A stretch of DNA of 64,000 nucleotides from Protoeuglena noctilucae (lineage: Eukaryota), in the NCBI GenBank assembly GCA_958009085.1, contig OY253670.1:1116001-1180000 (forward strand), given 5' to 3'. A program made the position numbers and the translations under genes. The notes under the pieces were generated by a model. That model searched no databases and was not told where the DNA came from. It worked only from the letters and a program-made list of their open reading frames with translations. Positions 39,001-48,668 of the stretch are shown here, one piece after another; the stretch's first letter is position 1, and every line of letters starts with the position of its first letter.

Positions 39001-42000
39001 GCAGGCAGCGAAGCAGAGGCCGCATCGGGGAAGGCGGAGGCCTTGACTGGTGACGGCAGTGGGGAGGTGCCGAGGTTGTCGCAGACGGGCACCGAGCATG
39101 GGCAGGGGGAGTTCGACGGGGAGAGCGTTTTGAGCGCGCTCGCGACGATCCAGGCGATGCGGGAACGGCTGCGGGATCTCGCCGCGACCCCTGTCCGCGG
39201 CACGGCTGCGGGTGAGGGCCAACGGGTGGGGTCGCCGGGGCGGTGGCGGGTGTCGGAAGAGGTGGTAGGCGGCGCGGGAGCGGAGGGAGAGCCCGGGGCG
39301 GCGCCCCACACCTCTGCGACGGAGGTGGAGGGCGGCGGGGTGTTCCTAGGCATTCGCCCGGCCCCACGGCCCACAGCGCAGGCGACCAGCGGCGTACGCG
39401 ACTCCCGGCCCGCGTGGGGGTCCCCCGGGGCGTCGCCCGGCCGCGCCAAGTCGCCGAACGGCGCCGAGCGGCGGTCGACGTGGACGCCGGCCGCGAGGGG
39501 TGGTGCGCGGGGACAAGGCCGCAGTAGCGGCGGTGGGGGGGTCGCAGACCGGGGCGGGAGCGGCGACGGCGGCGGAGGCGGCGAGGTGGGAGTTGGAGCG
39601 CGCCAGACGTGGACGCCCGTGGAGGTGCCGCCGTATCCTCATGCCAAGTCACCGTCTATCACGCCGGGCAGGCGTGGCACGGGCCGGTCATCTGGGGGAG
39701 CATCCAGCCCCACGCGAGGGTCCCCCGGTCCACAGAGGCGGAGCGTCTCTGGCATGGTGGTGGCGGGGCTCGCTCCTGGGATGGACGAGGCGCGGGGAAG
39801 GGGGGCGGGCGTGGCAGGGGCGGGGGTGGGGGGGGAGGAGGTTGAGGCAGGGGACATGATGGGAGGCGAGAGCGGGGGAGACGGGGGCGTGGGGTGGCTG
39901 GTACCTGAGGATGAGGAGGGGCGTGGGGCTGAGATCTCTCCCAAGGATGGCAACCTTGGCAGGGAGCGGGACAGTGCGGGGACAGGGGGTGCCCGGGACC
40001 TGGCAGAGGCGTTTGGTGGGGCCGCAACGGTGCGGGATGGGTCGCGATTGGAAGACGCGGCGTTGGGAATGGGCGGAGAGGGTGCGGGAGGGGCAGGCGC
40101 GGGCAGGGAGAGTGCAGGAGGGGCGAGCGTAATGGGTGCGAGTGAGGATGGGTTGTATGGGCAGGCAGAGGTGGACGCGGGGGTAGATGCCGACGTAGAG
40201 GAAATGCAGAGACTGGCCCAGGAGCTGAGGGACCTGGAGGGGCAGCTGGGGGCGCTGGCAGCGGGGGCGAGCGACGAGGAGGACGCCGAATGGGACGGGG
40301 AGAGCGGGGGAGATGGGGCGGGCTCGGGGGGTGGGCGGCCTTCGGCGTCGCCGTCCCCCGATGCAGCGCCACCTGCCACGGCACCTCCCGGCGCCGCGTG
40401 GGCTGCGGGAGATGCACAAGCAGAGGAGCGGGCAGAGGAGCGCCGTGGGTCCAGCCCCGGTGCCCAGGACCCGCCAGGGCCACGGCAGAACCCTGCAGCG
40501 GGTGACCAACCTCGCAGCCGCGACGGCGTTGCACCGGGCTCGCCCCAGCGGGGCTCTCCGTCCCCGCAGCCCAACTTCCCAATGCGTGGGCCGTCGCTGT
40601 CGCCGTCCCTGACCCTTGACTCCCCCATCCGCGTCGCCTCGCTCTCCCGGGGCTTCTCTGCCGGGGTTGACTCCTCTTCAGATGTCGACGTCGATGCTGA
40701 CACCGACACCCATCACCCCGACACCCATCACGACCACCGTGGTCCGAGGTCGCCGGTGCGTGGCTTCTCCCTTGGCCTTGGGACGCCCTCCGATACGGCC
40801 AGCCACGCGGGGACGCCGCAACGCGGGACGCCGTCCTCGGTCGGCGAGGGGCGGGGGCAGGGTGGGGTTGGAGAGGTTGGGGAGGGTGTGGGTGCGGGCG
40901 CTTTGCAGGGCCAGGGTGGGCGTGGGGAGGTGGGGGAGAGTGGGAGTGCAATGCAGGGCAGGGACGACTCTGCTCGGAGGTCGCGGGAGGCGGGGGGCGC
41001 GGAGGGAAGCCCGGCTGTCGTTGCAACCACGCCTGCCACGCGGCCTTCCCTCTCTGAAGTGGCGCGAGGGGCGATAGCCGAGGCGCTTGCCACAGCGACC
41101 GACGCAGCCCCGTCACCGTCGCCAGGGGCGGGAACGCCGTTCGGAGCCGCCTCATCTCCCACCCCACGTCCGTTCACCTTCCTGGGCACTGGCACCAAGC
41201 CGATGGCGAGCCCGTCCCCAGTCATGGGCGCGGACGTGACGTTAGGGAACCAGTCCCCCGCGCCGCCCCACCGCATGCAGTCCCTGCCGCTGCTCGTGCA
41301 AGTGCCCTTAGAAGAGATGCAGGTGGTGGTGGAGGGCGGGGAGGTGGGCGTGGAGAGCAGTGGGTCGGCAGACGGCGACGTGTCGGTGGTCCATGTCGCG
41401 ACCGAGGGCGGCGCCGGGGAGGCCAGGGCGGACGGCGACGAGGCGTCCGACTCAAGCGACGTGCAAGGAGACGCCGAGGGAGGCTCGCCTGCCATGGCCG
41501 GGTCACCGCCACCGCAGTCGCCGCCTATGCAAGCGGCCACCACGCCCGCCGCTGTCCCTGCGCCGTCCCCCAGCGGCCCCCAGGCGCTGCTGTCTCCCTC
41601 CATCGCGGCCCTGGAGCGCGCCGCCAACGCCCCGCTCTCCACGCCACCCCCGCTGCTGCGCACGACATCGACGTCCACCCAGGCCGCCCACGAGGCACCC
41701 CCCGTGCCCCAGCTGCGGCCCCGGGGGTCCCGCAAGCTCGTCTCCCGACCCAGCGTGGTCACGCTCACGCGCACGGTGATGGTGTCTGACGCCAACGAGG
41801 TGTACATTGGGGACGTGAGGAGCGGGGCCATGGACGGGTATGGGTGAGGGGAGCGGAGAGGGTTGGGGTAGAGGGAAGGGGAGGAGGTGAGGGTGATAAG
41901 CGCGGAGTGGGTGGATGTGCTGGCATGGATGAGGAAGGGCGACTAACAGCAGCGTGGGTATGCAGCATGGTTGCATGGTTGCCCCACGCACCCCACACCA

Positions 42001-43592
42001 CAACTCCCCCATCACGCCCCACTCCGCTCTCTGACATCTCTAACCGCACCACCTCCCCCGCAGCGTGTACCACTTCTCGACTGGCGGGGTCTACCAGGGC
42101 GAGTGGGCGGGTGGGCTGTTCCACGGTCACGGTGTGGAGGTCTTTGCATCGGGTATCAAGTACTATGGGGCGTTCATATCGGGACACCGGACGGGCCTGG
42201 GCCGGTGCGTCCAGCTGGATGGGTCGCGGTACGGCGGGGAGTGGGTGGATGGGCGGAGGCACGGGTGGGGCATTCAGGAGACGGGGGACGGGACGGGCTT
42301 TTGGGGAAGGTTCGACGCCGATCACCGGGAAGGGCCGGGGACACTCAAGTGAGTCGCTACGAGGATATGAAAGAGACAAGGGTTGTGTTCACAGGAGGGC
42401 GTGGCGGGGCGGGGTAGATGCGGATGGATGCACAAATTGCGAGGTGTAACACGTGTTGTTGCGTTGTAAATACAACACACTTTGCGCTGGTCCGCAAGGC
42501 ACACCTTCTTACATTGTGTCTTTGCTCCCAGGACTCCGTCGGGCGATGTCTTCATGGGCCTTTTCTCTCACGGGGAGTTGCACGGTCCGGGGGCCTTCTG
42601 GTCCCGGTCGCACCAGCAGCTGTCAATTGGGGAGTGGCGGAACGGGACGCACGAGGGGAAGGTGACGGAGGGGTGGGGTGGGTGAACTGGGAGGGGTGGG
42701 GTGGGACATGGCATGTGTGAGGTAACGGGGGGGTAGCGAGTCTCATGGCGGGGTAGAGAGTGCAACACTGGATTTCCAAATCACTTCTTGCCTCCTCTGT
42801 TACCCCCGGTACTTCACCTTCCATCACCACCTCTCGCCTGCCACCATCACCATCCCCACCGCCTCTCCTCTCCTCCCCAGGGCGTGGTGCGATCTTCGGA
42901 CGGCCAATACCACGTCTGCGTGTGGCAGCCAGACGAGAACGTGTACTCGGAGCCTGCAGCGAACGCCGATGCGATCGAAGCAGACGTGCTGCAGCTGGCC
43001 CGGGCCAACCAGCGCCGGGGGTTCGCGGCCGCAGCCGTGGCGCTCAAGTGCACCCAGCCGCTGATGCGGGCGGTGGCGGAGGGGCCGGAGGGGGTCTTTG
43101 CGGACGCGGCACTCGCGGCGCTGGTGGCGGGGATGCGGGCCACGGGGACTGGGGAAGGGGAGATGGAGCGGGTGAGGACGGGGGTACGAGAGAGGGTGCA
43201 TTGCATGAGGATGGGCGGTGAAGGATGGGCGTCGCGAGCGCACTTTGGTTTGGTAGATTAACTCGCGCCCTTGTGTGAGAGTAGCAACGGCACCTCGACT
43301 GCAAAACGGCCACCCCTCAACACCCTTGTGCCACCATGCCTCGACCGCACCTCTGCCTCCACTACAGCACCTCTCACCAGCGATGGCCACCCCCGCACCT
43401 CGATCGCAGGACCCCGACTTGGCGCAGTTCTCCACGGAGACTCCCCCCCGCGACTTCGCCCAGCGCCTGGACGAGGCGGCGGAGAGCGCGGCGGAGGCGG
43501 CGGTGGCGGCGCTGGACGTGCGGTCGATGGTGCTGCGGGCGGGGAGGGGCAAGTTCGACAAGATGCTGCGGAAGATGGGCATCGAGCCTTGA
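36067..43592 (+). CDS. Large protein: N-terminal EB1-type calponin-homology domain, long low-complexity region, C-terminal MORN repeats
   Basis: 'ELLDWV..|ILGIDDIRDGTALLQVMH..MERNYQ|VLQRGF' (CH domain), a 3.4-kb exon (38419-41843), and MORN repeats 'VYQGEWAGGLFHGHG', 'RYGGEWVDGRRHGWG', 'VFMGLFSHGELHGPG'. Stop at 43590-43592. The joins between 37605 and 38152 are less certain. Confidence 0.65.
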
Positions 43593-43607
43593 GGATGAAG
43601 ACGTGAA

Positions 43608-43686
43608 GGTGGAGCCGAGTTTAGGTGGAGCCTTGAGGGTGGAGCCGTGAGATGGGAGGTGTGAAATGGAGCCGTGAGGTGGAGCC
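43608..43686. repeat. Degenerate tandem array of (GG)TGGAGCC, 5 copies, just after the CH-MORN stop codon
   Basis: GGTGGAGCC at 43608, 43624, 43638 and 43678; TGGAGCC at 43667. Confidence 0.8.
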
Positions 43687-44014
43687 TTGCGGTGTTGCGA
43701 GGCGTGAGGAAGAGAGGGGCGAGAGTAGGCGCTGCTGTTGGGCGATAGGACAATAGGGCAGTTCGATAGGGCGCCGTGGGTGGCGTAGGATGAGAGCCGC
43801 GATAGGGGACACGTTTGACAATGGCGCGTGAGATTGGGCACCGTAGGCGGGCGTTCATACTACTCATGGTGCCAGCGGGTGGCACTGACTCTCACCTCGC
43901 GCTTTGCTTTGCGTGTTCCTTTGCGTAGCTGCTACCGATTCAATCTAGCTAGTACTACGTGCAGCGATACGCCCACTGCGCACTTAAGTCACGCACCGAC
44001 AGTTATCACAAACG

Positions 44015-47000
44015 TCACCGCCCGTGCCCCGTGCCGCTGCTCCCGGCGCCGGCATCCCGCATCGCCCACCGTCCCTGCCCGCCCCCCTCAATCTCCACCA
44101 CTGCGTCATGCAGCGCCTCCAGCGACGCCCCGTGGCCCACCGTCACCACCGCCACGCCCCGGGCACGCAGCGCCGCGTAGACGGCCGCCTCCGCGTCCCC
44201 CGGCAGCGCATTGGTGCTCTCGTCCAGAAACGCAACCAACGGCCTGCACGCACACGCGGCTACACATCTCAGTGATAAGACCTTTCGCCACCCAAGCGCC
44301 AGTCTTACACAGGAAGGCAATATATGGTTCTACAGAGCAACACCATGTCCTCCACCCATCCGCCCACGTCGCGCATCCCTCGCCACCCCAGCCAGCCACG
44401 CACCTGTGGTACAGCACCCGTGCCACCGCGACCCTCTGCTGCTCCCCGGGTGACATGGCCGCGCCCCACCGCGCCTCCCGGTCCACGTCGCCACCCACCC
44501 TGGCCAGGGCATCCCCCAGGCCTGCCCCCTCCACCGCCTCCCGCACCCGCGTCTCCTCATCAAAGGACCCACTGGCCGTGACTGAAAGCGGGTATACCAC
44601 CTGCTGACGCAGGGTGGTCAGGCCGGGGTCTTCCCCAGTCCCGACCGCCAGGAGCGGTCGCTGAGGCAGGAACATGACACGGTCGTGGGGTGGCAATGCC
44701 ACGTGGCCGGAGTGGAGGGGCCGCAGGCCGCAGAGCGACCGCAGCAGGGTGGTCTTGCCGCAGCCCGACGGCCCGCGCAGCAGCAGGGCGCCCCCGGCAG
44801 GCACCGACACCGTCAGTCCCCGCACGGCCCAGCGGCCGTCTGGGAGCGCGCACGACACGCCGGTCAGCGCCACGACCGGCGCAGCACCGCTACCACCTGC
44901 GTCCGTAACTATCGCCGGCCCTGCCTGGCGATGGGGCCAAGGTGGATAAGCGACGGTTGGTGCGCGTGACAGGGCCTCTCGCACTGCAGCCGCCGCTGCG
45001 TCAGGCGGGGCGGTGGTGAAGAGCGTGGCGGGGTAGACGCGCGTCCCGACGACGGGGTGCGAGAGGAGCGGCAGAGGGCCCGCGTCGTTCACGGAGTAGC
45101 CCAGGAGAGTCCTCGCGCCACGGACCTCGCTGTAACGCTCTCCCGGGGTCCCTCTCATGGCCAGGCCCGTCAGGGGATCTGCGGATGAGGTGGCGAAGAG
45201 AGATTTGAGACGCTGTTGTGTGCTGACTGCCACAGGGAGAGGAGCGTATGTCATCTTAGGGTTTGGTGGTTGCAGGAGGAGGGTCGATGGGGAATGGATG
45301 TGTCGGCGACCTTCCCAGGCACTCACAGCCGGGACTGCACCACCCGGCTCTGGTGATACGCATGAAACACGACAGGCTTTGATGCAACATGAAAGTCCAT
45401 TCCGAGTCTCACCGATGGAGCAGCTCCAGTGCCCCAGCCGCCCCAGCACCGCCTCGACCGCCTTGGATGCTCGGAAGAAGGTCTGAAGCATGCGGTCCAT
45501 CTCCTCAGCCACCTCTGCGAGAACGAAGAGAGCCAGGCGATGAGAAGAGAGGCGCAAGGGCAGACGCGAGTAGAGAGACTCGCAGCTGCTCACACCCGCT
45601 CCTGCACCCACACCCACACCCGCACTGCTAGCAGCTCACCGGTCCCGCCGTCGCCCGCCAGCTCGACCTGGCTGCACTGCATCGTCACGATGGCCGTCAG
45701 CGTCCCCGGAGAGTGGATCGGCGCATCGGGAAACACCCCTGCCACCACAGCCGCCAGAGGAGGGCCCAGTGCATGCACCGACACCTCCAACTGCCCCGGC
45801 AGCCATGCCGCATCGCCCGCACTCCATCCCACGGAAGCCTCTCCTCCCGCACGCGCACCACCCTCCATCCCAGCGCTCCCGTTGCTCGCGCTCGCCCCGC
45901 CACCCCGCTGCCCACCCATCGCTGTCGGCGACGCCTTTCCCCCGTCATGCAGACAGAAAAGCGTCGGTGGTTGAACCGTGCACGCCTCCGGGTGAGGTGC
46001 ACCGACGCCAGGCAGCACCCCAGGCCCAGCCCCATCCCTCCCACGCCTCTCAATGCCCGGCGATGCCCCAAAGAGCGACCCCTGTCGCGACATGGAGTCC
46101 CGAGACGTGACAGAGTCGATGCTGTTTCTGCAAGTGCACAAGATGTTGCGATCATCAGGGTCCCTAGTGTTACTAATCGATGCAGCCGCATGCACAGGCA
46201 CGGGAAGGCGCGCAGCAAGGTGGCGGGCCTCCTATGGCTCGGCCCTTGCGATATCCTCGCTGCTCAGCAGGAGCTGGCATGGCAACAGCCGCTGCCCTTC
46301 ACCTGGGACGCGGGGCAGTCCAGCCCCCGTACGCCCTCATCGCTGTACCGTGCTCGTTTGCGTAACCGCCCTTTCCGCCCTTCCCCATCCGGGCCACGTG
46401 AGCGTGCGTCAGTCCCAGCACACGCAGAGCAGCGCCCACGCGTGCGGCGAGGCCGGCCAGGTCCGCGCAGTCCCTCGCGGTACCCAGGACCTGCGATGCA
46501 ACGCACGGGTGAGGGCGATGGTTACAGTCCCTGCACAGGGCTGCCCAGGACCTGCAATGCAACGCACATGTGGGATGATGGATGCAATCCCTGCAATGCC
46601 CCATCCAACTCTGCCCCAGTCACGGCCTCGCCTGCGTGAGGCTGTTGATGAGCATGAGGGTGGCGAAGGAGGCCGTGGACACCAGCCGCGCCACGTCGCC
46701 ACCATCCCCTGCCGCCCTCGGCGCCAGAAACACCGCGGCCCCGATCACGGCGTAGTTGACCACGGACCCACCGTAGTCGAGGATCTGGGAGACAGCAGCG
46801 AGGAGCCAGCGGCGGAACTGCGGCGAGGGAAGGGAGGCCACGGCACTCTGTCCCACACGTCGCCCATGATTGATTGCTGTCCCTGCCAACCAAAGTCGGG
46901 TTCGCATGTATGGCGCTGCTTTGACGGTACGGCACAGCGGGCTGAAGAGTGGCGGGACGCAGCATACGCATCGCAACCCCACGCGCATGCGTCCCTCACC

Positions 47001-48313
47001 ACGATGCGCCCCTGGTTGTCGACGGCCCTGCTGAGGGCGCGCATGACGACGGCGGACTCGGCGCCCTGAGCCCGGCTCATGGCCACGTCCTCCCTTCGAT
47101 CCCAGAGGCGCACTGCGGCAAAGGGTGCACAGGCAGATAGTGCGTTCCCTTTCCACAGGCATGGCGTGGCATAACATGGCATGACATAACGCACCACGCA
47201 CCGTGGGCCGCACGCAAAGTGCCCTCCATGCGCTCCTGGTCCGCCACGAGGCGTGCGATGGATTTGACGAGGAACGCCTGGGCCGCGGATCCCGCGGCAA
47301 AGAACGTCACCGCTGCCAGGACGCTGCCCGCACCCACCAGGCGCACGCCCAGGGTGCCGTACTGCATGGGGCGAGCGGGAGGGAGCGCAGTGGGACCAGA
47401 GCTGGGACTGGTGGGACTTATGAGCGGGATTGATTGATGGGGCTGATGGGTGGGACGGACATTGCGTGGCCTGCGGTAGTGCCACTGCAGACGGTTGCAG
47501 GGTGGCAACGGTGTCTGTGGATCGTTGCGGACGTGTCGCTTACATCCTAAACAACGCAGGCACATCCGGGTGTGCACACTCGCGTCCGCTCACCCACACG
47601 ACCCGCAAAGGCGCGGCGAGGACGACCTTGAGTACGCGCGAGAGGGAGTCGCAAAAGTCCCGGAGATCCTGTGTCAGGCGCTGGTCCGGCGTGTCCAGGG
47701 ACGCCGCCCGCAGCAGGCCTCGGCCGCGGCAGTACTGATGCTGCGCCGCAAAGCCCAGCCGCCAGCGCCACCTGCGATGACGTTGCGAGCAAGCTGAGAG
47801 GCCCGGGACGCGCGTGCAGCGCAAGCGCAACGTCGTGCGACAGTGTCTCCCTACCTGTTGGACAGGAACTCCGCGGCAAAGTCCGTCGTGGCTGCGATGG
47901 CGGCGGACATCGCAAAGAGCAGCCCCGCGAAAAGCAGCGTGCGCAGGAAGAGTCCCGCATCGCGATCGATGAAAGCCTGGTAAAACCTCCCGTACATCAT
48001 CCCGGAGGCCGCGGTCACTCCCGACTCGAGGACGGAAAGAACGGTGAGCCATAGCGCACCGTACGGCCTGGGGGCGCGGAGGAGGCCGTCCTCAGGGACC
48101 CTGCGCACTTAGCAACGACCACTGCGATGCGTACATGATACAAAAGCGGCCATCGTCTCACCGCAGGACGCTGGCCAGGAATATGAGCTCCGCCAAGGGC
48201 CGCTGCCCTTTGGGATCCGCTCCGTCCCCATCCGATCCAGAGGCCACTCCCACCCACTTCTCCGCGCGGTCAGAAAGAAGCAGCGGCGCTCGCTCATCAA
48301 ACACCCCAGCCAT
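44015..48313 (-). CDS. ABCD4: ABC transporter subfamily D, ABCD4 (cblJ)-like half transporter with an internal MMADHC (cblD)-like domain
   Basis: TMD loop 'LDTPDQRLTQDLRDFC', Walker A GPSGCGKT, Q-loop FLPQRP, signature MSPGEQQR, Walker B AFLDESTNAL and H-loop TVGH. The MMADHC-like segment (~45006-45790) lies in frame between TMD and NBD. Confidence 0.9.
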
Positions 48314-48668
48314 CGCGTCGGTCCACGCGAAGAGCAGCCTATCGGCTCCTGCATCCCTTGCTTGCCATTCCTTGAACAGTCTTACACCCACAGGCGAGCT
48401 ATGCGTTCGACAGTTAGCAGCATGCTGAACTTTGAACATGGGCTCTCGTGATTTTAGTATCACACAGGACACGTGCTGCAGTTGCAGGACCAGCCTGTCT
48501 GTCTGGAAGCGGAGACAATTCCTTTTGCCATCGCTGGCACGGAGTAAGCGTCATGGGCATGCGCTCATTCGATGTCGCATCGTGATCTCTTTGTCGCGTG
48601 ATGAGGAGAGTGAAATATGGTTTATGCCATGACGTGATTGGCTCTGGCTGACCCGCGGCATCGGAGTG

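Noticed and set aside
38366..41831. Long Pro-rich minus-strand ORFs (428, 502, 356, 367 aa)
   Set aside because: They are antisense shadows of the G-rich 3.4-kb exon of the CH-MORN gene.
38434..41847. 1137-aa ORF as a standalone intronless gene or mobile element
   Set aside because: It has no ATG start, is bounded by an acceptor (38418) and a donor (41844), continues into MORN exons, and shows no transposase or RT motifs.
43608..43686. CRISPR-like repeat-spacer array
   Set aside because: The repeats are only 7-9 nt with irregular short spacers, there are no cas genes, and the context is eukaryotic.
45006..46095. MMADHC as an independent nested gene starting at MSRQGSLFG
   Set aside because: There is no stop before the ABC NBD, and a phase-compatible intron (46128-46302) links it to the TMD. 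An internal start cannot be fully excluded without RNA data.
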